IMG/VR virus record: IMGVR_UViG_3300037963_003785
Span: 23,554 to 87,553 of that record
Length of the DNA: 64,000 nucleotides
Origin: a virus
Reading direction: 5' to 3' (one strand)
The notes under the pieces were generated by a model. The model was not told the origin of the DNA, did not search any database, and worked only from the letters and a program-made list of their open reading frames with translations. Below, piece after piece: positions 40,659-50,545 of this stretch. Each line of letters opens with the position of its first letter. Positions within the stretch are counted from its first letter, which is position 1. Both the position numbers and the translations under genes were made by a program.

Positions 40659-42112
40659 TGTACCTTTACCCCATATCTCTTTGTGAAAGCAACGCCGTCT
40701 TGATATGAGTTTACAATAGGTTGACCTTTTATGTTTAAAGACGTGTTCAAAACCATTGGACATCCTGTCTTCTTATAAAACTCCTTGATTAGTTTATAGT
40801 AACCTGGATTATCATCTTTACTTACAGTCTGTACTCGTGAAGTGTTATCAACATGACAGATAGCAGGATATTTATCAGGATACTTACAAGGTGCAACAAA
40901 TTGCATAAACTGAGATTTACGAACTGGCATATCAAATATTTCGTGTGCGTGCTCTTCTAACACCGATGGTGCAAAGGGTCGAAACTTTTGTCTACGTTTT
41001 ATCTCGTTTACTTTATCTTTAATCTCATCACCTCGTGGGTCTGCTAACAAACTACGATTACCAAGAGCTCTTGGGCCAAACTCTGCCCTACCACTTGCAA
41101 CTCCTACAATGTTACCATCCAACAACTCATTCAAAACTTTACGCCATGGATATCTACCTTTTATATCATATCCTGTAAATGGTGTTTTCCAATTTACGTG
41201 TTCACCAAATAGATAAGCTGCACAACCAAGTGATGAACCAGCATCACCAGGATTTGGTAGTATCCATAATTTAGGATAATGGTCACGAGCTATGATTGAG
41301 TTAGCCACACAATTTAAGGCTACCCCACCCATGTATACACAATTATCTGTTTCAGGTACTAACTCCTTAGCTTTCAAAAATATTTTTTGAATCTCTTCCT
41401 CAATGACAGATTGTGTGTTTGCTGCAATATGAAACTTCCATTGTTCTGAACCATCATCAGGATAGTATTTACTATCCCACCCTAAACAACCTCTATGTAA
41501 ATTGTGATGAAGTAACTCTCTTAGTTCTGATTTTATTTTTTCATTTACTTGTCCATAAGCAGCCATTCCCATAAGAATGTATTCATCTTCTTGTGGTTTT
41601 AATCCAAGTCGTTGTGTTATAGCTGAATAGAATAAACCAAGTGATTGTGGGTAAGTCATACTCCATCTTTTTTCAAAGTGACTACCCCAAGCATACCATA
41701 TAGTAGCCGTTTCAAACTCACCTATCGCATCGATGTTAACAATACATGCCTCATCATACGGACTCGTGTAATATCCAGCAGCTGCATGTGATTGATGATG
41801 TTGAACATAATTAATAGGAAGTTCACCAATATATCTTTTTAGATATTTCTTTGGTGTATTGTCAAGTTGAAATACTTCTTTGTACTGACCAGCCTTGAGT
41901 TGTCTGTATTTCTTTAGCCAAGGGCGTTCAAAATAAGCAACCTTATCTGGTTTTCCATATCGATACATATCTGCAAATATAGCAGCATGTAACTCGGAAT
42001 CATTTTTTATTCCAGAGTATCTTTCTGAATGTGCAGCAAATACGACTTCTCCATTATCAATTAAAGATATGGACGCGTCGTGATTCAGTGCGTTTATTCC
42101 TAATATTCTCAT
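40655..42112 (-). CDS. Carbamoyltransferase (NodU/CmcH family)
   Basis: HDAS, HHQSHAA, MGMAAYG, GGVALNC, EFGPRALGNRS, FRPFAPS, NTSLN. Confidence 0.95.
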   Translation of the reverse strand: MRILGINALNHDASISLIDNGEVVFAAHSERYSGIKNDSELHAAIFADMYRYGKPDKVAYFERPWLKKYRQLKAGQYKEVFQLDNTPKKYLKRYIGELPINYVQHHQSHAAAGYYTSPYDEACIVNIDAIGEFETATIWYAWGSHFEKRWSMTYPQSLGLFYSAITQRLGLKPQEDEYILMGMAAYGQVNEKIKSELRELLHHNLHRGCLGWDSKYYPDDGSEQWKFHIAANTQSVIEEEIQKIFLKAKELVPETDNCVYMGGVALNCVANSIIARDHYPKLWILPNPGDAGSSLGCAAYLFGEHVNWKTPFTGYDIKGRYPWRKVLNELLDGNIVGVASGRAEFGPRALGNRSLLADPRGDEIKDKVNEIKRRQKFRPFAPSVLEEHAHEIFDMPVRKSQFMQFVAPCKYPDKYPAICHVDNTSRVQTVSKDDNPGYYKLIKEFYKKTGCPMVLNTSLNIKGQPIVNSYQDGVAFTKRYGVKVH

Positions 42113-44111
42113 TCATAACCTCATAGTCTGTAAATGGTAATTTAGAGGACGGAACTTTGTCTACCATATTTTTACCAAACCCTATTTTTCTTCTTCCAAC
42201 TAATTTCCCTGCAAAGTCTTGAAAATCAGTCCATGTTTCTTTAGGATAAAAATTATAACCTGTAGTTTCATTTATTACTTCTTTATTCATATAAAGATTA
42301 TAATATGATTTAGAGTATATTTTATAAATAGAACCAACGTTGTTAAAATCAACAATTAAATCTTTATTGAACTCTACAATCTCTGATAACTCTAGCTTAT
42401 CGACATCACCAAATTGTTCTTTATAAAAGTTTTGTAGTTCTTGAAAAACTTGTGTCTTATTTTTATGTAAAACAAACTGAAGTCTACAATAAAAATACCA
42501 ACCTAATATATTAATGTCATCGTAATCTTTTCTTGAAGAATAGTCTTTTGTTTCCAACACCTCTCTAATATCAGTAGAATGTAACTCATAAAAATAATTT
42601 AAAAATAATTCTTTGTTTTCCACAATATACTTTTGTAATTCATCATAAAATTTATAGTAAGAAACATTATAATATTTGTTTAAATATCTACTGACATATT
42701 GTGTCCACCCTAAGACGTGAAAGTTTATTATGATTACATTGAATAAAACAGCATCTAACCAATCAGTAAAAGGCATTGTGTTTGTCTCGTAAACAAGTTC
42801 TACTATTTCTGGTGTAGGGTCGTCTTCAGGATTATTGTTTGTGATATAATTTTTTATTGGTTTTGTTTTTATACCAAACACTTCCCTTAGATTTTTATCA
42901 TTCAAGGGTGCACCTTCTAAAATTTCACAAAACCATAAATCCATTGATGTATGTTGACCAGCTTCTAATAAATCATTTATACCTTTTTTCCAAGTGTCTA
43001 AGGTTTCTAATGGTAGACCAAGTATAATCTCTGTATAATTAGGTATACCCTTTTCATCACACTTCTCAATTATCTCTTCAAACTTCTGTATTTTCATATT
43101 AGAACGTTCGATAACTTTTAACGTTTCAGGATTCATAGATTGAAAACTTAAAGTCAACCCTCTCATCAATCCAACGTCATTCATTTTTTCAGAGATTCCT
43201 AATATTCTTTCGTTACTATTTTTAGCCCAAGCAATTTGATAAGCAGATGGATATCCTTGTTCGACTTTACACTTTACCATATGGTCTGCTATAGCTAAAT
43301 CTCTTTTATTATAAATACCAAAGTTTGCATTAGCAATGTTTACAAAATCTATCTTTTCTTTATTAACCCACTCTATCTCATCATATACTCTGTCTCTACC
43401 AAACTTTTTTAATTTAGAGTAGGTCAACGTACCCCAATCACAAAACGTACACTTATATGGACATCCTCTATCGGTCTCCATTACCATCGACCATTTTGCA
43501 TTTGGTTCTTCTTTCAGTATATCATCGAATAAACCAATTGTATATGGTGACGGAATATCATCTAAATTTTCAACTCGTAATTGTGGTGGTGTTGAGATAA
43601 CCATACCATCCTTTTTAAAAGACAATCCTTTCACATCACTAAAATCATTTGTATCAATATAGGTTTCAAGTATTTGTTTGAAAGTAATTTCACCCTCACT
43701 ATGTACTAATACATCTGCATACTTATACTTTCCTTGTAAAGAACTTTTATCTATTCTTCTACCTGACTCAACTGTTTTTGTACCAAACCCTTTCTGTGGT
43801 ACTGACGGGCCTCCTACAACTATTAAACAATTTGGATATTTTTCTTTTATTAATTTTATTACTTTTAGATTATATTGGTCATTCCAAAGATAAGCAGAAA
43901 ATCCAACTACTGATGGATTGTCGAGTTTTTTTAAATATTCTCTTGGATTTAATCTTTTATAAAACAATCCTTTTAGTTTGTAATTATCAGTAACAATATC
44001 TGAAGTAGTGCAATACGACCATAGAGTAGCAACAGAGTATGGTAAATAGTATCCACTATTTTCACCATATCCTGTTTTAAAATTTACACTAAAAAGATAT
44101 ACATTTTTCAT
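42057..44111 (-). CDS. B12-binding radical SAM protein
   Basis: GFS.Y.WN, VVGGP, EGE, ETDRGCPYKCTFCDWG, ILGLPLET. Confidence 0.9.
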   Translation of the reverse strand: MKNVYLFSVNFKTGYGENSGYYLPYSVATLWSYCTTSDIVTDNYKLKGLFYKRLNPREYLKKLDNPSVVGFSAYLWNDQYNLKVIKLIKEKYPNCLIVVGGPSVPQKGFGTKTVESGRRIDKSSLQGKYKYADVLVHSEGEITFKQILETYIDTNDFSDVKGLSFKKDGMVISTPPQLRVENLDDIPSPYTIGLFDDILKEEPNAKWSMVMETDRGCPYKCTFCDWGTLTYSKLKKFGRDRVYDEIEWVNKEKIDFVNIANANFGIYNKRDLAIADHMVKCKVEQGYPSAYQIAWAKNSNERILGISEKMNDVGLMRGLTLSFQSMNPETLKVIERSNMKIQKFEEIIEKCDEKGIPNYTEIILGLPLETLDTWKKGINDLLEAGQHTSMDLWFCEILEGAPLNDKNLREVFGIKTKPIKNYITNNNPEDDPTPEIVELVYETNTMPFTDWLDAVLFNVIIINFHVLGWTQYVSRYLNKYYNVSYYKFYDELQKYIVENKELFLNYFYELHSTDIREVLETKDYSSRKDYDDINILGWYFYCRLQFVLHKNKTQVFQELQNFYKEQFGDVDKLELSEIVEFNKDLIVDFNNVGSIYKIYSKSYYNLYMNKEVINETTGYNFYPKETWTDFQDFAGKLVGRRKIGFGKNMVDKVPSSKLPFTDYEVMNENIRNKRTESRRVHIFN

Positions 44112-45127
44112 TTATTCCACCACTCAAGTGAGCCTTTGTTATCATAAATATCGGAATGTTCAGTATCATGATTATATCTTATCCATTCAAAAGTATTTTT
44201 TAATCCCTCTTCAAGAGTATACTTTGGTTTCCAATCTAAATCTTTTTCAACTAAACTATTTTCAGAATTACGAGTTCTGACTCCAATCTGTTTAACGTCT
44301 ATGTTTTTGATTTTTGTTTCCTTACCACTAAACTTTATTGCAAGTTTAGCCAATTCATTTATAGATACATCTTCTTCTGAACCAATATTATATGGGCCTG
44401 ATAATTCACTATCCATCAGTTTAGAAACTCCGTTAATACAATCATCAATATACAAAAATGAACGTCTCTGTTTTCCGTCTCCATAAACTTCCATAGTACC
44501 ATCAGACTCTATCGCCTTTCTACACATAGCCGCTGGTGCCTTTTCTTTACCACCATCAAAAACTCCACCAGGCCCATATATGTTGTGAAACCTTGCAATC
44601 TTTACATCGAATCCATGATTCTTTTTATAAGCTAAATATAATCTTTCACTAAATAATTTTTCCCACCCATATTCAGAATCAGGATTCGCTGGATATGCGA
44701 ACTCTTCTTTTAATGCAGGTGAGCCTTTTTTGTTTTGTCTTTCATTTGGATAGATACAAGCAGAAGAGGAATAAAATACTTTCTTTATAGATTTTCTTTT
44801 CATTACATCAAGTACATTTAAATTTATTCGAGCTGAATTTGACATTATATCCGCATCATGTTCTTCTGTAAAAATGTAATCAGCTCCACCCATATCTGCA
44901 GCAAACTGATAAACTTCGTCTACGAACGTACTAATAACAGAATCACAAAAGTTATAATCAGTCAAGTCTCCTTTCACGAACTCATCAGCTTCGGTTAAAG
45001 AAAACTCAGGTGACTTTAAGTCAACACCTCTGACCCAATGTCCTTGTTTTCTTAAATGACTAACCATAGCATTACCTATGAAACCACCTGCTCCTAATAC
45101 AACTATGTTTTTCACTCGACACTCCAA
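44108..45127 (-). CDS. GDP-mannose 3,5-epimerase-like SDR
   Basis: GAGGFIG, AADMGG, SSACIYP, PDSEYGWEKLFSE, KEKAPAAMCRK. Confidence 0.9.
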   Translation of the reverse strand: MECRVKNIVVLGAGGFIGNAMVSHLRKQGHWVRGVDLKSPEFSLTEADEFVKGDLTDYNFCDSVISTFVDEVYQFAADMGGADYIFTEEHDADIMSNSARINLNVLDVMKRKSIKKVFYSSSACIYPNERQNKKGSPALKEEFAYPANPDSEYGWEKLFSERLYLAYKKNHGFDVKIARFHNIYGPGGVFDGGKEKAPAAMCRKAIESDGTMEVYGDGKQRRSFLYIDDCINGVSKLMDSELSGPYNIGSEEDVSINELAKLAIKFSGKETKIKNIDVKQIGVRTRNSENSLVEKDLDWKPKYTLEEGLKNTFEWIRYNHDTEHSDIYDNKGSLEWWNK

Positions 45128-45795
45128 TCTAATTTATTATAATATGACATTACGATATCCTTGTAAATTATTTTATTCCCATACTTTTCTTTGTACTTAT
45201 TTATAAAATCAAAATCTTCCCCATCGTTATTACTACCACCAACAAAGTTGTCAAATAAAATATCGTCCTTTGTAAATACAGCCTGTGCCATATCTACAGC
45301 ACCTTTTCTCCATTGATTGTATCCATACATTGATTTATCTTCAGGTGTCATATCTGTTTTTTCTTCGTAAAAACAATTTCTAATTCTAAAGGGTGTGTTA
45401 TCCCAATACCACCATTGTTGGTCACCACAATCTTGTGAGAAAATATACATTGGAGCTTCATCTTTGACTAATTCATCAAGACCATTATAAAAATTTGGAT
45501 GTAACAAATTATCATCATCCAAGTGAAAAGTCAAATTATATTTAGCAACTTCTTGTCCAAGATTTCTACCTCTTGACCTTGACTTACCGAGAAGTCCATC
45601 ACCAGTTATTTTTTCGAAGTAGGTAGAAATATAATCATCTTTATCAAACTCATTAAAGCCTAAGAATTCATCATCAAGGATAAGAACCCATTCAGTATCC
45701 CATCCGTTCCAACTTATACTTTCTATACTCTCTTTAATAAGTATTAAGTTATTTGGCCTTGTTACAAGAGTTATTATTGATATTTGTTTTACCAC
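45112..45795 (-). CDS. GT-A/GT2-like glycosyltransferase
   Basis: ISIIT..TRP.NL, RNLG, LDDDN, VDMAQ, GEDFDF, YYN; paralog of the C-half of the 45789 ORF. Confidence 0.7.
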   Translation of the reverse strand: MVKQISIITLVTRPNNLILIKESIESISWNGWDTEWVLILDDEFLGFNEFDKDDYISTYFEKITGDGLLGKSRSRGRNLGQEVAKYNLTFHLDDDNLLHPNFYNGLDELVKDEAPMYIFSQDCGDQQWWYWDNTPFRIRNCFYEEKTDMTPEDKSMYGYNQWRKGAVDMAQAVFTKDDILFDNFVGGSNNDGEDFDFINKYKEKYGNKIIYKDIVMSYYNKLDWSVE

Positions 45796-47198
45796 TTAAG
45801 ATTAGTTTCCGTTACTATGTTTATATCCCAACTCAGTCTATTATAATAACACAAAACCTCATCACTAAAAACCATATTTTCAACACCATATCTTTCTCTA
45901 AACTCATTTGCAAAATGCCAATCTTCTTGTATATCAATATGTTTGGTGTCTTTTGGGTCTTGTGGTGGTGTACCCTCATATTTAAATTCTTGGTATGGAT
46001 TTTTAAATATCATCTGTGCAGTATCTATATTACCACACCTAAACCATTCATCAGTTTTTACTATCCCACCATAACCTTGCTCATCACAATCTTGTGCTAC
46101 AATATACATTTTTGCATCTTGTTTAGTAAGTTCTGTAAGTCCTTTGAAAAAGTTAGGATGTACTAAATTATCATCATCACATCTATAAACTAATTCATGG
46201 TTAGCAACTCTCAGTCCCCAATTTATACCATCAAGTTTACCTGGCCATCCTAATATGGGTTTGAACCAAACTTGTATCCAAGGCTCATCAATATCAAATT
46301 TAAAATCTTCTAAACTATCATCTATAATCAACACCCATTCAACATCCCAACCATCCTTATCAATTGATTGAATATTATTTTTTATAATCTCAACATTATG
46401 TGGTTTAGTTACAGAAGTAATTATAGATATGTTTTTTACTAAGTCATGAACCTTTGGTTGAGCATATCCAATCCATTGTTCTGCTAGATAACGAGTTTCT
46501 TCAGGCCATTCATGACCACCAGTTAACGCTCCTTTACCACGTTCTTTTATATAAATTTTATCATAATCTAAATCAAAGGAATAGATATTAGGTAACCTTT
46601 TTATATATGATACATTTGCCCACCAAAAGTTATTAGTGGGAAAATTAAATGGTTTATCAGGTGTTCCATAGTAACCTAACTTTTCTCCTTGATGTGATTT
46701 ACCAATACCTACTACATCGTACTTTTTTAATTTATCAAGAGCAACATCGATATTACCAAATATAGTTTTTTCAAGATATAATCTTTGTTCTTCTCTTTTC
46801 TTAGTTCCTACTGAAACTCCTTTTGTATGAAAATATAAAACGACATCATCATCTGGTAATTCTTCACAATATTTGTGTAAATAATCTAAGGTTATTATTT
46901 CCCCATCATTAATATTAGATGACAGTTTTATAACATTTAATTTATCTCCCCAATAATCATCAAAGTTTTTTGGTAATGAGACCTCTCCATCACCAACAAT
47001 ACAAATATTTAACTTACATTCTACATTTTCTTCTTGTCTAAAGTATTTAATCAAAGAACCAATTTGTGCTCTAAATAAACCTTTGTAATCTGCCCACGAT
47101 ACGTCTTCTGAAGCACGTGTGTAAAAATTAACAAACGTCTCGGTGTCTTTTTCTTCGATAGAATCTACTGTTGCAACGTGATAAAATATATGTATCAT
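45789..47198 (-). CDS. HTKG-family domain fused to GT2-like domain
   Basis: LYFHTKGVS, NNFWW, then ISIIT, CDDDN, IDTAQ, EDW, YYN. Confidence 0.65.
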   Translation of the reverse strand: MIHIFYHVATVDSIEEKDTETFVNFYTRASEDVSWADYKGLFRAQIGSLIKYFRQEENVECKLNICIVGDGEVSLPKNFDDYWGDKLNVIKLSSNINDGEIITLDYLHKYCEELPDDDVVLYFHTKGVSVGTKKREEQRLYLEKTIFGNIDVALDKLKKYDVVGIGKSHQGEKLGYYGTPDKPFNFPTNNFWWANVSYIKRLPNIYSFDLDYDKIYIKERGKGALTGGHEWPEETRYLAEQWIGYAQPKVHDLVKNISIITSVTKPHNVEIIKNNIQSIDKDGWDVEWVLIIDDSLEDFKFDIDEPWIQVWFKPILGWPGKLDGINWGLRVANHELVYRCDDDNLVHPNFFKGLTELTKQDAKMYIVAQDCDEQGYGGIVKTDEWFRCGNIDTAQMIFKNPYQEFKYEGTPPQDPKDTKHIDIQEDWHFANEFRERYGVENMVFSDEVLCYYNRLSWDINIVTETNLKW

Positions 47199-47299
47199 TT
47201 ATATATAAACGGGTCTTTTCTTTTCATTTTTCTGATTCGTTGTTTGAATTTGTACCACCTATATATTTTGAAGTACAACAATTTAATTTTTCCAAACAT
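47195..47299 (-). CDS. Unannotated 34-aa basic peptide ending DPFIYK
   Basis: GAGGAG SD; MFGKIKLLYFKIYRWYKFKQRIRKMKRKDPFIYK; stop overlaps the next ATG (ATGA); fills the gap exactly. Confidence 0.7.
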   Translation of the reverse strand: MFGKIKLLYFKIYRWYKFKQRIRKMKRKDPFIYK

Positions 47300-47302
47300 A
47301 AA

Positions 47303-48649
47303 TTACACTCCCTCGTAAATTTGAGCTACTTCTTTAGCAGGTTGATAATAACTATTTTTGGTTGTCCATATATTATAGTTATGTTCTAATATTTCTCGTT
47401 GGTCTTTGTACCAATCTAACATACTCTTACTATCCATTTCACAGATACGTTCACATTCATCAAGTATCATTTTTAATCTTTTTCCGTTGTTCTCTTCTTT
47501 ATCATATTCTTGATTTATAAAAGGTTCAAATGACTTGTAACCCAAAGACTCAAACTTTTCTATAGAACCAGGTGTAGTCATGAATAATATTGGACTATAC
47601 CAAGCCACACATTTAAAAACTTTTTCACTTAAAAATATCGTTCTGACATCAAAGTGGGTTTCTGATAATAAATTAAAAAAAGTATTATCATATAGAGCTC
47701 TATTAAAAACCATAGATAGGTTAGGACTAAAATCTTCCACATCTGCTATAAATGGTGTCTTATCAACTAACTCTTCTATATTACCATGTTCAAAAAAAGC
47801 AGAAGTACTTATATCTTTATTATAAGGATATGAATGTTCATTTAAAAATCTCTTCTTACTCATATCTCCTATATTAACTTCTGAATCTAAACTAAAACTT
47901 ACGAGACCTTTGTCTATTATATTTCTTTGATTTAAACCTGCAGTCATTGCAATTCTATAAGACCTTTTACGTCTACACAACCACAAATAATATTTTATCT
48001 TTTCTAAATTATCTTTTTTGTAGTTATACATTTCATCAAAATATATTGGTAATTGTAATTCTATTTGGTCTCTAACCATACGTTCATTGTGTAAAACTTC
48101 TATAATATTACATTTCTTTTCTATATCCCAATACTCAGAATATTGTTCAATGGATAACATATTAGCATTGTAAAAAACAAAATTCTTTTCAGGAAACTTT
48201 TCACTTGTCAACCTCTTATGTATCTCATCAAGAACATTGAAGTATCCAGCATTATGATGATTATAATCTAAAGGAAATCCTTCAAACGATAAATCCAACA
48301 CTACAAGAACTTTACCTTTTATGATATGTTCTTTTACTCTACTTGGTATGAACTCGAACAATTTGTGTTTATAATCATCATCAAGTCCTAACCAATACTC
48401 TGGCCCATATGAAGTACCAAGTGGATATATAAACTTTTCATCTCGTTCTAAAAAATGTGAACATGGTTGTATGTTTAACTCTATAGAATTTATATTACAA
48501 TAATCCCTCAGATGTGTTACTAAGTTTAACCACGCATGAGGTGGTGTGCCGTGTCTGTAATCACTTGGGTTAGTAAAAAAGTCTTGTGGTGTACCATTCA
48601 AGATATCACCATTATCAAGTTTGTTATCGTATCCTACGTTAATTTTCAT
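47303..48649 (-). CDS. 'TEK' family paralog 4
   Basis: LLSET..FLSEKVFK..P...GYKSF..FINQEYD; SD AAGGAG before ATG 48649. Confidence 0.55.
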   Translation of the reverse strand: MKINVGYDNKLDNGDILNGTPQDFFTNPSDYRHGTPPHAWLNLVTHLRDYCNINSIELNIQPCSHFLERDEKFIYPLGTSYGPEYWLGLDDDYKHKLFEFIPSRVKEHIIKGKVLVVLDLSFEGFPLDYNHHNAGYFNVLDEIHKRLTSEKFPEKNFVFYNANMLSIEQYSEYWDIEKKCNIIEVLHNERMVRDQIELQLPIYFDEMYNYKKDNLEKIKYYLWLCRRKRSYRIAMTAGLNQRNIIDKGLVSFSLDSEVNIGDMSKKRFLNEHSYPYNKDISTSAFFEHGNIEELVDKTPFIADVEDFSPNLSMVFNRALYDNTFFNLLSETHFDVRTIFLSEKVFKCVAWYSPILFMTTPGSIEKFESLGYKSFEPFINQEYDKEENNGKRLKMILDECERICEMDSKSMLDWYKDQREILEHNYNIWTTKNSYYQPAKEVAQIYEGV

Positions 48650-49664
48650 GACTCTCCTTATACAACTTTGCAATAACTTGTTGTGCGAATTGTTTGTGTC
48701 CCTCATTGGACGGATGACTATCTTGTTTAGAATATTGCCAATATTTTCTTTCTAAATTAGCTCGACACCATTCTCTAAACCCACCACCTTTTTCATCATT
48801 AAGCCAAACTCTATCCCAATCAACCATATCCAACATATAATTTACATTTGGTAAATCCATTTTCTTATCTATAAATGAAGATATACTACCATCATAAACC
48901 CCATCGTCCTTAAATAATCCACCCATGAATCCAAACAACCTCTGAAACATTGTTGGTAACTCAGTTAATATTTGCCATCCAAAAAATATATTATATTGTA
49001 TGTTAAGTGACTTACATAAGTATTGTGTGTTAAGTATTGATTCCATCATTAACAGAACGTGATACTCTTCATTATAAAACTTATCATAATACAAACCAAT
49101 CAAATCATGTGGGCCCCATTGGTTATCAGGCCCTCTTTCTTCAATGTTCATCAAACTTCTTTTTAACCATACATTCTTGGTGTCTTTTGGAATAAAATTA
49201 CTTGGGTTATGTCCTACATGATGTTTGTACCAAAATCCATCTAAATCATCCATATCTTTATGAGTTTCAGCTTCGTCATCGTAAAACTTTCCCCAACACC
49301 CACATCCGAATCCACTTGTTTCGTCAATGTCATTTTTATTAATTAAAAGTTCAAATCTATCAGGACTTGATATTTGAGAAAACACATGAATGTCTTCTGG
49401 TTTATATCCTTTCTTTAAAGAGTCATGTATAGCCCAACGAGTAGCTCTGTGAATATAAGAATTACCAGCAGCAGGTGCACCAACATTTAATACCTTTACA
49501 CCTAAATGTTCTTCTAAATGGTCTGGCCATCCTCGATAATATTTAAGAGCTTTTTCATCGGAAAGATGTGACCAATCAGGTAATCCCTCTACTTCTGGAG
49601 TTGGTGGGCCTGAACCAATAGCTCCTGTATAACTACATCCTGACGTTATTATTAACTTATCCAT
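48639..49664 (-). CDS. SGNH-like protein paralog
   Basis: SGCSYT, AAGNSYI, DSHPSNEGH. Confidence 0.6.
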   Translation of the reverse strand: MDKLIITSGCSYTGAIGSGPPTPEVEGLPDWSHLSDEKALKYYRGWPDHLEEHLGVKVLNVGAPAAGNSYIHRATRWAIHDSLKKGYKPEDIHVFSQISSPDRFELLINKNDIDETSGFGCGCWGKFYDDEAETHKDMDDLDGFWYKHHVGHNPSNFIPKDTKNVWLKRSLMNIEERGPDNQWGPHDLIGLYYDKFYNEEYHVLLMMESILNTQYLCKSLNIQYNIFFGWQILTELPTMFQRLFGFMGGLFKDDGVYDGSISSFIDKKMDLPNVNYMLDMVDWDRVWLNDEKGGGFREWCRANLERKYWQYSKQDSHPSNEGHKQFAQQVIAKLYKESHEN

Positions 49665-50545
49665 TTAGATATAACCTCATTTGTAAAACGTGTATGTGCT
49701 TTTAGAGATGGGTGATTATCACCAGGACTACAAAATCTTTCTTCATCTGTCATTCCTATCTGTTCAGTCCATTCGTTAATACCACCATAGTTATCATCAC
49801 AAAACCACCACTTGTCCCAATCTATAAGATTCCATAAATGTCTTGTATTATCAGACAAATTATCAACCATTGATTTATCAAGGTGTTTCCATCCAAAGAA
49901 AAATTTATAATCTAAATCATGTGATTTACAGAACCATTGTAATTTTAAAAAGTGTTCTAAGTTTTCTAATATCTCCAATTCATCATTGTAATAATTTTTA
50001 TAAAAGTCAACCCAAAACTTTTGTAATCTTTTATCCTCAACTATACCACCCTCAAGTGCGTGTCCACCAGGACTCTGTAACCATACAAATGGATAGTCTT
50101 TAAAATTAACTACTCCACCAGGTGCAGGCATGTGTTCGTGTAAAAGACTGAATGGATTACCACCACTTAGAATTTTATAACTACTCATACCGAATTGAAC
50201 TTGTGGCTCAACCATAAAGGAATATCTATTTAAAGATGACCAACATGCCATAACGTATGGTTTCTTTCCCTCATCAAGTAACTTAGAAGTTACCTTTATA
50301 GTGGCTCTTGAAATCATATTGTTACCAGCAGAACCAATTGCAGCACTATGTACATCATAGTTCCTATTACTAAGTTGTTCTCTCCAACTACCAGCCATAT
50401 CTGTGAAACTATCTCCACCTGTTATTATTGTATTTACTTCTTTTAATTCCATACTCTTTTTCCAAGGTTCATGTTTTAAAATTGTTCCAAAAGAATGAAG
50501 TCCATTCACAAAACCATCACCTGTATAAACAATGGTCTTATCCAC
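49652..50545 (-). CDS. SGNH-like protein paralog
   Basis: GGDSFT, SAGNNMI, DNHPSLKAH; start may be 50452. Confidence 0.6.
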   Translation of the reverse strand: MDKTIVYTGDGFVNGLHSFGTILKHEPWKKSMELKEVNTIITGGDSFTDMAGSWREQLSNRNYDVHSAAIGSAGNNMISRATIKVTSKLLDEGKKPYVMACWSSLNRYSFMVEPQVQFGMSSYKILSGGNPFSLLHEHMPAPGGVVNFKDYPFVWLQSPGGHALEGGIVEDKRLQKFWVDFYKNYYNDELEILENLEHFLKLQWFCKSHDLDYKFFFGWKHLDKSMVDNLSDNTRHLWNLIDWDKWWFCDDNYGGINEWTEQIGMTDEERFCSPGDNHPSLKAHTRFTNEVISKWIS

